Of a DNA stretch of 64,000 bases, positions 22,815-35,742 are shown one piece after another. Numbering within the stretch: the stretch's first letter is position 1; each line of letters starts with the position of its first letter. A program made the translations under genes and the position numbers. The notes beneath the pieces were generated by a model. It saw only the letters and a list, made by a program, of their open reading frames with translations. It was not told the origin of the DNA and did not search any database. This DNA is from Yuukianura sp. NJ FZ-2021 (Eukaryota). The stretch lies in contig CM102283.1 in assembly GCA_046563655.1 (NCBI GenBank), positions 2,852,001-2,916,000 of the forward strand. The letters run 5' to 3'.

Positions 22815-25800
22815 ATGGGATCCCTCACAAAAACAACAAATGGAGCCCTGGAGAGTGCTGGAAGAAGACAGCCCCTCTGGACACCAAATCCAGCACATTT
22901 TCCACATTTGAATGTAGAAAAGTTTAGGAAAAATGTCAATCACAAGTATGGACTCCAATTAGGTAAAAATTTAAAGTAAAAGTAAAATTTTGAAAAGTGA
23001 AAGTAAAAGTTTCAAAAGAAAAAGTTTTTTTTTAAATTTTACTTTTGCAGAAAGTTATGCAGACTTGCATGATTGGTCGGTGACAGAACGGAGTAAATTT
23101 TGGGCGGAAGTTTGGGATTTCGCGGGCGTTTTGCATTCGGAGAGTTACTCGGAAGTGGTCGACGACCGAGCGACAATTGACTCCATACCAAAGTGGTTTC
23201 GTGGTGCTAAACTCAACTATGCAGAAAACCTGATTGAAAAGAGCGGGAACGATGATCGGTTGGCAGTTCTGTACAGAGGTGAGTGACCTTTGACCTTCCA
23301 AAATTTTGGAAAACAAACATTTTCCAAAAAAAAAAATCAATTACATACATGATTTTTGTAACAAAATGCAATTTCAACTGCCAAAGTCAAACAGAGAAAT
23401 ATTGTCAAAATTTTTGAAATGCAAAAAAAGAAGTTTGAACAGAAATTGTTATGATTAAGAGAAAATGCGTTTCTATCGAATGTCAGAAGAAAAAACTTTT
23501 TTTTTTTTTTGGTTTTTGGCAATTCTGCAATGAAGTTTGAATTGAAAGTGGCGTGGTTTTTGGTGACGTAATTTGGTAGTAGATAAAAAGCTTGTTAAAA
23601 GACATGACGGTAGATTTGCAAAAATTCTTGAAGTGGAAAGGCCAATGTCAAGGTCAGGGATTTATTGCACAAACTTAATCTCGCAAACATTTTGCACTTG
23701 TTAAGAAGCTCAAGAATTTGCACAACTCATTTCGCAATGTACACGTCCGATTTTCATGTTCATGATACGGAAGATTTTTTACTTTTTTAAATGAAGCATA
23801 TATGAAGCTCAAAATGGAATTTTTTCATTTACAATTTCAAAATTTGTGATACGAATTTCTGAAATTTTGTTTCAGGAGAGGCAAATCCTTTGTCTATTGA
23901 GAAATGGACGTTTGGAAAATTACGATCAGAAGTTGCCGCGTGGGCAAACGGTTTGAAAAATGCTGGAGTCGGAAAAGGCGACGTTGTTGCCGGAGTTCTT
24001 CCAAATTGCCCTCAGGTCATTTTTGAAAACAATTTTTCAAAATTTCTTGTTCAAAAAAGTTCAAAATTTTGATAAAAGTTAACCTAATGCTACAGACATT
24101 AGCAGCTCTACTGGCCACTGCAAGTCTTGGGGCAGTTTGGACTTGTACGTCACCAGACTACGGAATCACAGTAAGGAAAATCCACTAATTTAACTCGTTT
24201 GTGAGAATCTCTGGAAATCCTTTAAAAAATTAATGCGTTTCTACAAAAGTTTTTTAGTTATGCGTTTTAAAAGAAAATCAGTTTCGTAATTTGGTTTTAC
24301 CAAAAAAAAACTTAGACCTTGTTAAATTCCAGTTTGCTGCGTCCTTCAAAAACTCTCAAAATCAAAAAAAAAATCAAAATTTCATTTTTTTTTTGTTTTT
24401 TGATTTCAGGGCGTAGTTGAACGGTTTAAACAAACCGAACCGAAAGTCATAATCTCCGTCAACGCTGTTCTGTACAACGAAAAAGTTCACGAGGTCATTC
24501 CAAAACTAACTGAAATCACTGCGCAACTCACCACAGTTCAAAAGGTCATCGTCATTCCCTTCCTTGGTCATGTGACCTCCACATTTCCCCAAGGGGTAAC
24601 TAACTGGTAACTTTTCAAAAACAAACTTTTCAGTAAACTTTTCTTTAAAATTTTCAAAATTTTCTGATTTTTCAAAATTTCAAAATTCGTAGGGTCCTGT
24701 CAACCGAATTCCTCAAATCAGATGGACTTTCCACCAAATCCGGAATCCACTATGAACAAGTTCCCTTCGACCATCCTCTATTCATCATGTACTCATCTGG
24801 AACTACTGGTAAATTACAAAATTTCAAAATTTTCATTTCATTTCAAAATTTTGACGTTTTTCAGGGAAACCAAAGTGTATGGTCCACTCAGTCGGTGGGA
24901 CACTGTTGAAACACTTGGAGGAGCACATTTTGCAGAGTGATCTCAAGCCGAACGACACAATTTTCTACTACACGACTGTTGGCTGGATGATGTACAATTG
25001 GCTCATTTCGTCACTTTTCGTGGGGTGTCCAATCGTCTGCTACGACGGATGTCCGTCTCCCGCTCTTTGGAACCTCATAGAGGACATGGACATTACTGTA
25101 TTTGGCACCAGCGCAAAGTGGATCGCTGTCCAGGAAGACCTGCTCACCAAAAACGCTGATCCGATCGCTGCTGAGCAGCAGCGTAAGAGGCTGGACAAAA
25201 AAGGAACGCGTCTTCGCATGATGCTCTCGACTGGCTCGCCACTCAAACCACAGTCGTTTGACTTTGTCTACAAAAATGTCAAATCTGACATCATTCTCGG
25301 CTCAATTTCAGGTCAGATCAAAACCAAAAATTCAAAATACCGTATTTTCCCGCATATAAGACGCGTATTATCTGTGGAATTTCAGAAACTTTGGAATTTG
25401 GAAAAACCTTCTCTTTTTTTTGTATAAATTCATCAAAAAAAAACATAAATCTGTGGCTTTGTATGCCAGCTTTTTACATGTATATTTTACATGTTGATGC
25501 TGCGTCTTATCCGGTAGAGCGTCTTATCTGGGATGCATTTTTTCTTAAATAAGCTGCGTCTTATTTTTGAAATTCCAGTAAATTTGAAATGAGGGAAAAG
25601 CTTCTTTTTTAACTATAAATTCGTCAAAAAACCATGAATCTGTGGATTTATGCCCAAGTTTTTCACATGTATGTACTGTGTTGAGGCTGCGTCTTATCCG
25701 GTAGAGTGTGTTTTAACTGCGAGAAAATACGGTATCAAAAATTTTTACAAAATTTTAATTTTTTTTTTTGAAATTTTAGGCGGGACGGATATCATTGGGT

Positions 25801-26669
25801 GTTTTATGGGACAGAATCCGTTGCTTCCAGTGCACCGTGGAGAGATCCAGTCGTATCACCTTGGATGTGACCTTGACTGTTTCCTGGAAGACGGGACTTC
25901 TGTGATTGGTCAACGCGGAGAACTGGTCGTCCGCACACCGTTTCCATCCATGCCAACACATTTCCATGGTGACACTGACGGAGTTTTGTACAAAAAAGCG
26001 TATTTTTCAAAATTCGCGGGAATTTGGGCCCATGGGGACTTCATGATGGTGGATCCAGAAACTCGGGGGGTCACGATGCTAGGAAGGTCAGATGCTACGC
26101 TGAATCCAAACGGAGTAAGGTTCGGAAGTGCTGAGATTTATCACGTTGGTGAGTTTTTTAAAATTTTGAAACTTTAAAAGCAGTGCAATTTTGAGAAAAC
26201 GTGGATTTTAACATCATTTTGACTTTGGGTTTTGGTTTTAGTCGAACAGTTTCCGGAAATCGCTGATAGTGTTTGTGTTGCTCAAAGAAATTCGGCTGGA
26301 AGCGACGAACGAGTTGTTTTGTTTTTGAAATTTAACGAAGGCGCGAGTTTTTCAGAAAATTTTTTGGGCCGTTTGAAAAAAGCTATTCGTGATCAGCTCT
26401 CGCCACGTCACGTGCCTGCTCTAATTCTCCCTATTACTGAAATTCCGGTAAGCAGAGGTCAAAGGTCACAATTTTAAAAAAAAATGAAAATTTTGATTTT
26501 TTTTTAACTTTTTGAAATTTTGAAACAGTATACCATCAGTGGGAAGAAAGTGGAAATTGCTGTTCGAAATGTGATTGAAGGCGAAGAAGTAAAGAATTCT
26601 GGTGCCCTGGCAAATCCAAAGTGTCTTGACCTCTACAGAGACATTCCAGTGCTGGGGTCATGGGCTTAG
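22815..26669 (+). CDS. AACS: Acetoacetyl-CoA synthetase; multi-exon
   Basis: SYADLHDWSV...[124 protein letters not shown]; stop TAG at 26667-26669. Confidence 0.96.
25340..25732. mobile_element. Tc1/mariner-pogo (Tc2-like) MITE in an AACS intron
   Basis: TA|CCGTATTTTCCCGCA ... TGCGAGAAAATACGG|TA; GCGTCTTAT subterminal repeats; internal ~190-bp duplication (GCTGCGTCTTATCCGGTAGAG near 25499 and 25686). Confidence 0.85.
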
Positions 26670-27076
26670 AAATTACGAAATTTTGAATTTGTTGTTTTAG
26701 GTTTTAGAAAAAAGAAAAATTTTGAACAAAAATTCAAAAAATGTGTGCTTCCAAGTTTCCCTCCACTCTAAACTCCATCTCCGTGTAGCTATTAACGTTT
26801 CGCAAGAATTGCAATAAAGAATTCAAAAAATTTTTGGAAAGAAAAGAATATTTGTTGAAAATGTGATTTCGAAATGAAAAAGTGTAAAATTTTGTCGAAA
26901 ATTGTACAGATAAGGCGTTTTATTCTTGTAAGCCAATTTGAAAAACAAAATTAAAAAAAACGCTAATTTTATCTTTCAAAATGACCCAAACTCTGCAAAT
27001 TCTGAAATATTTTCATTGTTATTGCATCACAATTTGAATTTTTTCATAATTTTTACATTTTGGCGCCAAAATTTTC

Positions 27077-30000
27077 TCAGTTTGAAACTGCCGCTTTGTC
27101 CACATCATCTCCCGGTGAGTGGTAGGATTCCATTGGTGGACAAGTACACATCAAGTTCTTGTCACCATAAATGTCATCAATTCTGCTCACTGTTGGCCAA
27201 ACTTTCGTTTCAGGTCGGACGAACGGCTGTTTTCAAAGAAAATGAAAATTCAAAATTTTGAAATTTTTTGTTGAAAATTTTAAAAATCTTGACTTACTGC
27301 TGGAAATGCCGCCAACTCACGACTGTAAGGTCGGTTCCACTCTGATGCCATCACAACATGAGGAGTATGTGGAGACATTTTTAAAGGATTCACATTGATG
27401 TCCATTCGGCCTTGCTCAATCGCTGCAATTTCCTGACGAATGTCTAAACATTTCAAAAAAGAAGAAGTGTTTTTTAGAAACTTTTTAGAAAAAGTTTTTT
27501 TGAAACTTTTTTTTTGAAATTCTTACAGATGAGGGCATCACAGAAGCGATCTAGTTCTCCCTTGTCCTCAGACTCTGTTGGTTCAATCATAAGTGAGGCG
27601 GCGACTGGCCATGACATGGTGGGAGCATGGAATCCGAAGTCCATCAGCCGTTTAGCGATGTCCACTGCTTCGATGTTGGCAGTTTTTTTGAATTCTTTGA
27701 CATCAATGATGAATTCATGAGCAACCAATCCATTCGTTCCTTTGTGCAAAGTCTTATAATGCTTCTCCAATCGCTTCGACATGTAATTTGCATTCAGAAT
27801 GGCTACTTGGGTTGCTCTCTTCAAGCCCTTGGCACCCATCATCTTCAAAAATACACAAAAAAAAATCAAAATTTTGAAGAAAAAAAAAGAAAAAGATGGA
27901 GGTTTAGCCGTGCCTAATCCTAAGAATTTCTCAGAAGATTCTGAAAATATATTGAACTAACAAGTACAATCACAGCTTTATCTCTGTTATAATACTAATG
28001 AGAAAGTGTAACTCCAAATTGGAGTAGGTAAATGGTTGATTTGTTTACTCTTTTTTTTGAAATTCTCCAAAGTCTCTAAAGTGTAACTTCCTTATTCATG
28101 ACAAATTGAAATTTTCCAAAAAATTTTTTCTTTTCAAAGACCATCACACCATCTAACTTTCTACAGAAGGCATTTGGAAAAAGTGACGATTAGGCTGAGA
28201 AATTCACTAAAGTGCAACTTCCTAATTTATGGCATTTCGAAAAAGTGACGAATTAACGTGTCTAGGGCGATGTCCCACGTATCATGTATAGCACGCTTGT
28301 TAATTATTAAAGTAATTGTTGAATTGAACTACAAAATTGAATTAGAAAATTTCATTAATATAAGAACTAACCTTGATGTAAGCCCATGAAATTGGTAGAA
28401 TTGCACTGGAACCGAAGGGTGCAGCGGAAACGGCTCCAAATGACTTTGCTAATTTGCCCAATGACGCCAATGGATTAATCACAGGATGTGATGGGAGAAA
28501 CGGTGCTAAATGAGCCTTCACTCCAATTGGTCCCATACCTGTGCAAAGAATTTCAAAATTTCAAAATTTTCAAAATTTTGAGCCAAAATGTTGTTGGACA
28601 TACCTGGCCCTCCACCTCCATGGGGAATACAAAACGTTTTGTGTAAGTTCAAATGGGAGACGTCTGATCCGTAGTCGCCCGGACGACAAATGCCGACCTG
28701 CGCATTCATGTTGGCTCCATCTAGGTACACTTGACCTCCAGCGTCATGGATCATTCCGCAGACTTCGGCAACAGTTTCTAAGTTCAAAGGCAAAGGGTCA
28801 ATCACCTTGTAAGGTCAAAGATCAATGACCTTGTAAGGTCAAAGGTCAACTAACCCTCGAAGACTCCATTAGTCGATGGGTACGTGATCATGAGACATGC
28901 GAGGTTATTCTGATGCTTGTCAATCTTGGTCCTGAGGTGCTTCATATCAATGGCTCCGTTGTTAGTGACATTGATGGGCTCCACTTTCATGCCAGCCATT
29001 TGCGCAGAAGCAGGGTTTGTCCCATGTGCAGAAACCGGAATTAAGCATACGTTGCGGTGACCTTCGTTCTTAGCTTCCAAGTAGGATTTGATCACACGGA
29101 GTCCGGCGTACTCTCCCTGAGCTCCACTAAACTCAAAATTTTGAAGTCTCAAATGTTTTGGAAATTCTAAATTTTTAAATTTTGAACAAACCTGTTTGGT
29201 TGGAAAGAGATTTGGTCATATCCAGTGATTTCACATAAGTCACGTTCCAGAGTTTCAAAAAGTTCGCGGTAGCCTAAAGCTTGGTCGAGCGGTACGAATG
29301 GATGGATGTCCGTGAAATGGCGGAAGCTACATGGCATCATTTCCGTTGTACTGTTTAGTTTCATTGTACATGATCCCTGAAATTTCAAAAAAAAAGTTCA
29401 AAATTTTGATAAAGTTCAAAATTTCAACACAGTTCAAAATTTTGAACGTTCCGTACCAGTGGAATCATGGAGTGAACAAGTGAAATGTCCTTATTCTCCA
29501 GCGTCTTCATGTACCGGACGATCCGTGTTTCGGAGTGATGAGAATTAAATACCGGGTGACTCAAAAATTCCGTTTTTCGAACAAATTCATTTGCGTTCAA
29601 AATGTTTCCTTCCAAAGTCTCTGGTTGAGAAATTTCACTGTTGAGCTGAAATTTCAATTATTTTCAAAATTTTAGTTGGAAATTTTTTTTTTACAAATTT
29701 TTGAATTTTTTTTTTCGAAGTTGTCATTTTGACTTACCTTTGTGATGGTTTGGTTTGAGCCGAAGATGGACATGAGGTCGTCCAGATCCTGTTCCGTTAC
29801 CGTTTCGTCCAGGGCGATACCGATCGTACCGTCCGGAAAATACCGGAGATTGATTTCCTTCTGTTCCGCCAATTGTCTCACGTGGGTTTGGCCGTGTTTC
29901 GGTTTGACGCGGATCGTATCAAAAAAGTGTGCGTTTTCAATGGAATTTCCACAATCTCGAAGAGCTTTAGCCAAAACCAGGGTGGCGATGTGTACTCTCT

Positions 30001-31704
30001 TGGCAATGTTTCTCAAACCTGAAATTTAAAATTTCAAAATTTCAAAAAAAAAAAAAAAATTCAAATTTTTCCATTTTGAACATACCGTTGGGTCCGTGAT
30101 ATACAGCATACATGGCTGACATGTTTGCAAGTAGAGCCTGCGCAGTACAGATGTTACTGGTAGCTTTATCTCTCCGAATGTGCTGTTCGCGAGTTTGTAG
30201 AGCCAATCGGAAGGCTTCTTTGCCACTGGCATCTCTAGAGGCGGGAAAACAAAAATTTGAAAATTTGGGGCCAAAATTTTGATTCTTTTTTGTTGAATTT
30301 TTTTCTGAAAATTTACCGTGTTACACCAATCATACGTCCGGGAATCAACCGCGTGAGGGATTCGCGACATGCAAAAAATCCGGCATGCGGTCCGCCGTAT
30401 CCGAGTGGAACTCCGAAACGTTGACTTGTTCCCACGGCCATGTCGACGTTGAATTCTCCCGGTGGTCGGAGAATGGTCAGAGCTAGGAGGTCAGTGGCAG
30501 CAACGGCGAGTGACTAAAGGTCAAAGGTCAAGGTCATTGACCTTGTAAATGTCAAGATCATTGGTCTTTAAGGCTATGTTTTTACTTACGCCATTGGCAT
30601 GTGCTGATTCGACCAATTTGGAGTAGTCATGAATGTTGCCTTCAGTATCGGGATACTGAAACAGCACTCCGGAAATGTCGCGATTTGAAAAGTCGAATGT
30701 CGCCACGTTGCCAATGATGATTTCCATGCCCATTGAGGCTGCTCGTGTCGCCACGACTGAAATGCTCTGTGGATGGACTTTATCCGAAATGTAAAACTTC
30801 CGACGTTTGTTTTGTCTAAAATTTCATAAATTGAAAATTTCATAAATTAAAATTTAGAAAAGTTAAAAAGTTTGAGTTTTTTTTAGAAATACCTGTAACA
30901 TAAGCCCATAGCCTCTGCTGCTGCCGTTCCTTCATCAAGAAGCGACGCATTTGCAATTGGCAGACCAGTCAGGTCCGTCACCATCGTTTGGTAATTTAGC
31001 AGTCCTTCAAGCCGGCCCTGTGCAATTTCTGGTTGGTATGGAGTGTACTGCGTTGTCCTAAAAAGTAAAATTTTGAAGTTATTGGAGCAAAATTTAAGTT
31101 TTTTGAAATTTTGAAGTTACCATCCAGGATTTTCAAAAATGTTTCTCATAATGGGATGTGGGACGACGCAGGAGTGGTAGCCCATGCCGATAAAACTTCT
31201 CCAAATTTTGTTCTTTTCGGCAATTCCACGGATACGATTGATCAGTTCATGTTCATCTGCAAATCCAAAATTCAAAATTTTGAAATCGTAAATTTCGAAA
31301 TTTTGAAATCCTTAAATCTAACCATGACACTCCTCGAATTCCAATTCCCGCTTGAGCCTGATGCTTTCCGGAACGGCTTTTCCGATCATCTCCTCCAAAG
31401 TCTAAAGATTCAAAAACATTTTTCCAAAGACATATTTCTAGTTTCCCATAATTTTTTTTTTAAAATCAAAAAACTGTTTTTGAAAACGTTTGATACTAAC
31501 CTTATATCCTATGTAGGCTAGCATTTGATCTCGTTCTGCCTTTATGGGACCGATATGTCTCGATGCGAATTCCTCTCTCTTCGGAATGAGTTTCTTGACC
31601 TTTGACCCTGCTACGCTTGACATTGGACTTATTTGTTGGAGTGTCCATGATCGGTTGAGTTTGGACAGCGTCCGGACAGTAGTCGGGGTGATTCGGCTCA
31701 ACAT
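27077..31704 (-). CDS. GLDC: Glycine dehydrogenase (decarboxylating), mitochondrial glycine-cleavage P protein; many short introns
   Basis: Basic mitochondrial-type leader [105 protein letters not shown]-Lys motif [34 protein letters not shown]. Confidence 0.97.
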
Positions 31705-32353
31705 GGCGACCAATCAGAAACTAGGACACAAGAGCACACTGGACACTCGTCAGTTGTGGACGAGAGAGTGACGAATAGCCTGAAACTGCTGACCTCTGGA
31801 CGTGTGTGGCTTATCGCTGCTATAGAAAATTTCATCTTTCCCTTCCCTATGTTAATTCCTGTCTTCAGATGGGATTGGGCAACAGATAAATATGAAATAC
31901 ATAGATAAAAACTGCTGCTGACCTTTGACCTTGAAGAGAAGGTCAGCTGACAGGAGCATCAAGAGTCTTGTGGATTCTTATCCCCTCAGGCATCAACAAT
32001 AACCAAATAAGTTTTATTCTGGACATGACCAAGGTGTCATGTCACACTTTTCCTTAGGAAATGCTGAATTTTTAAATTTTGAATTCTGAAACTTCGAAAT
32101 TTTGAAATGTGAAGTTTTGAAATGAATGGACTAATTGAGAGATGATTAAGTTTGGACCTGATTTGGAAAATTAGTTTAAAATTGAAATTGAGTCACCGGA
32201 TTGGTGGAAATTTTGTTGTCCGTGAAGCATTTATGACCGGTAATTGCTTGTGTTGCAATTTTGGACGTGACCTTCGTAAGATCTTAATGGAGTAGAGGTC
32301 ACTCATTAACTTATGTTAACATTAGCTTAATTACAATTAAGGGTAAGCTCACC

Positions 32354-32361
32354 TATATAAA
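32354..32361 (+). promoter_or_regulatory. TATA box of the repetitive secreted protein gene
   Basis: TATATAAA with an Inr-like TCATTC ~31 bp downstream (32385) and the ATG at 32449. Confidence 0.6.
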
Positions 32362-32448
32362 GTCAACCCGAAATTTAGTTTCAATCATTCGAAAACTGGA
32401 AAGCAAAATTCAGCTTTGTACCAAAACAAAAGTTCCAAAATATTCAAC

Positions 32449-33452
32449 ATGAAGATTTTCTTGAGCGTAAGTGAAGGAGGGAAACTTTGAATTTTTGAAA
32501 TTTCAAAACTTTAATTTTGCTTTTGGAATTACAGGTAGCCGTACTTTGCTTCATTGGAGCCACCATTGCTCTGCCGTTGGATGTTAAGCCGTCAAAAGAC
32601 AACAAGACTGACACCGCCGCGGTCAAGGTCACCAGAGCCGTTGAACTCATCAAACCACCAACCAAAGACAACAAGACTGAAAACGCCACCGTTGCCGAAC
32701 CAGATACCGTCAAAGTCGTAGTTCGAGCTGTCGACATGACTGCCAAACCGGTAAAGGACAACAAGACTGAAAACGGCACCGTGGCTGCCAAAACCGTTCG
32801 AGCTGCTGAGCTGATCGCTGCCAAGGACAACAAGACCGGAAACGCCACTGTTACACCCAAAGTTGCCCGAGCAGTTGAAATCATGGTTGCCAAGGACAAC
32901 AAGACTGGAAACGCCACAGTCACCGTTGCTAAGGTTGCCCGAGCAGCTGAAATCATAGTTGCTAAGGACAACAAGACTGGAAACGCCACTGTTACACCCA
33001 AGGTTGCCCGAGCAGCTGAGCTGGTTGCCGCCAAGGACAACAAGACCGGAAACGCCACTGTTACGCCCAAGGTTGCCCGAGCAGCTGAAATCATGGTTGC
33101 CAAGGACAACAAGACTGAGAACGCCACCCTTCCAGCTGCTGTAGCCACAACTAAGGTTCGCCGTGCCGTTCCAGATGTGAAACAAACCTTGCCGAAACCA
33201 AACGCCACTGAAACCGTGAAACCCAACGGAACGGAAACCGATTCGATTGAAACTCTTGCCGCCAAATTGACCCGTGCCCTGGCCGAAGAAGCTGCCAAAC
33301 TGAACGGAACTGCTGTCAACGGTACTGAGTCTGCCGAAGAGCGAGATGCCCGATTTCTGCTTGGATTCGGCTGGCCCTACTATGGAGGATACCCATACGG
33401 GGGATACCGATACCGGTATGGGTGGGGATGGGGATGGCCATACTACGGTTAA
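32449..33452 (+). CDS. Secreted repetitive protein, putative polyprotein precursor. Exons 32449-32466, 32535-33452
   Basis: Signal peptide MKIFLS|VAVLCFIGATIA; eight KDNKT-containing repeats (core 23 aa/69 bp); C-terminal FLLGFGWPYYGGYPYGGYRYRYGWGWGWPYYG; strong codon bias; TATA upstream; AATAAA near 33620. Confidence 0.85.
32799..33128 (+). repeat. Coding tandem repeat, ~69-bp unit (AAELIAAKDNKTGNATVTPKVAR)
   Basis: Near-identical gccaaggacaacaagac(c/t)ggaaacgccac units. Confidence 0.9.
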
Positions 33453-34005
33453 ACTACAACTAATTCTAACTGAGATTCAAATTTTACGGTAATGGTGACT
33501 CTTTACTTTAATTAACTATCAATTAATTTAACAAACTTCTGTTTTCCCGCTCTTTTTTCTTTGTAACTTTCCCCTTCGGCTGGTTCGGAACTTTTTCGTA
33601 CTCTTATTCTTCTGACGTAAATAAACTTTCAATTGCAACTTGAAATTTTGTCATTCATTTCCAAAATAATTTAGTTTTTGTGAAGTTGACCTTTGACCTT
33701 TCCAAAACTATTAAATTTTATGACGCTCTTTAAAAAAGTACACTATCCGCCATCTAACGGGAGAATTGTAAAACTGAAAAAGAAAAGTTTGAGATTCTGC
33801 CAAAATCAAACTTTGCCCTGTCTTTACTTTTGCGCAACTCACGCTAATTTGAGCAATTAAATTAATCGTGATAATACGTCGATTAATTAATCGATTAACG
33901 TAACTATTTAGTTGAAACTTAGAAACATTTAGAGTCATTGTCGACAGGAGTAATTGATCGTGAATGAACCGATTAACGCTGACTGACAAGAGCCAAAAAC
34001 AAGAA

Positions 34006-34977
34006 ATGGTGGAAAAGGAAAGTACTTCACAACTGAAGAATTTACTGGGCGGACTGGGCGGAATGTATCCCTCGTACTCCATGGATGACCCCTCCATGAA
34101 TGTCTCAGGTCAGTATGTCAGTAATTAGGTAGTCAACTGAATGTAAGATGACATGAGTGATGCAATACCTTCTACGGTGTGATTCATAGGTCTAATAAGA
34201 AGACATTGTTTATGTACGTAATGTGTGACTGATCCGTGATTGGTTTGGTTTTATATTGCAGTCAACAGTAGCAGAGTGGGCCATCAGCTGTCACCTTACC
34301 TCAGCGTAGACCCATACTTAGCCTCTGAACCAGAATTTATCCTTCCGGAAGGGGCGGGGAGACAACGAGGCCGATTTGAATATGCCTTCGGAAGTATCGG
34401 TGGATCAGTTCTCGTTGGAGCCGGAATCGGAAGTATATCGGGCCTTTACAAAGGATGGAGAGACACTCAGGGACAAATCGGCAAAGTTCGACGTACTCAG
34501 TAAGCTTTTGACTTTCTGGAACATTGCGGTGCTCATAGTCTTCGTCAGATGAGCTTAATTTTAATTATTCATGTTTCAATTAGGTTACTAAATTATGTTG
34601 GAAAGCACGGTGCTTCAACGGCGAATTCACTTGGCGTAATGGCCCTCATGTACTCTGGTTTCGGAGTACTGCTCAGTTACGTCAGAGGATCAGATGACGA
34701 ATACAACACACTAGCCTCAGCAACCGCTACTGGCTTATTGTATAAATCATCCGGTAAGGCTTCATACCCAAGTCATTGTCCTCTTGAACCTTCTGAATTC
34801 AGTTCATGAATAACTTATTTTTGTCAATTAGCTGGACTGAAACGATGTGGAATTGCTGGTGGAGTAGGATTTTCCCTAGCCTCAATGTATATCCTTTGGT
34901 CCAAGGGCTCTCATGACCGTTCAATTGCTGACTACGTAGGATCCTCCAGAACCTCCGGTCGTCACTCGCACTACTAA
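34006..34977 (+). CDS. TIMM23: Mitochondrial import inner membrane translocase subunit Tim23. Exons 34006-34108, 34262-34499, 34584-34753, 34832-34977
   Basis: SPYLSVDP...EFILPEGAGRQRGRFEYAFGSIGG...RRTQLLNYVGKHGASTANSLGVMALMYSGFGV...RGSDDEYNTLASATATGLLYKSSAGLKRC. Confidence 0.95.
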
Positions 34978-35742
34978 ATTCTCCACTCCCATTCAGTTTC
35001 AACTTATCCTTCCACAAGCTTCTGTCACGGGCAGTCATCAACAACGGCATGTCCACGGTTTTACCAATAGTCATTCTCTTGTTGCTCTTGTCCTCTTAAA
35101 ATTCTATCGACGAATGACGATGAAAGGCCGAATTTCAAATTACGAACGAAACGGAGATTTTACGAGTTTCGGAAACACATTGTGAGCAGTGTTAAAGGTT
35201 GGACAAAACGTTTACTCTTCGTTTACAATTCATTACAACAGCGCATTCGTCTTTGTAGTAATCAAACCAAAGTCAAATAAACAAATCTCCTAAAAATAAT
35301 CGATTACTCATCGATAATTAATGGTATTATACAATGAAAACGTTTTTATTCTACACAATTTCACAACAAGGTCGACAAACTTAAAATATTTTAAATTTTG
35401 ACCCGCCTTGCTACATTAAGTTCAAAGTTCGCGCCAAATCCCCATTCCTAACCCTCCCAAAAAATTCGAGTTTAAAACTTTTTGACTTAAAAATTGAAAT
35501 AATTTCAACTTTTTTTTTTGATTTTTCATTACAAAGGGATTTATCAGTAATCTAAAAATACGATTTTTGCCTAAAAATCGCGGGAGATTCGATTTCTACC
35601 CTGTTCTCGACTTTTTCATCTTTAACAAACCATGAAACCTTTTTAACATTCCAGTTCAAAAAATCGATTTTTATCCACATTTTTTGCTGCTGATTTTTTC
35701 TTCGATTTTTTCGTCTTTTTTCAAATGTTTTCCTGCGTTTTT

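Noticed and set aside
32444-33319. 291-aa hydrophobic antisense ORF (and 32592-33185)
   Set aside because: Mirror of the repetitive, codon-biased + strand gene, which has the signal peptide, intron, TATA and poly(A) signal
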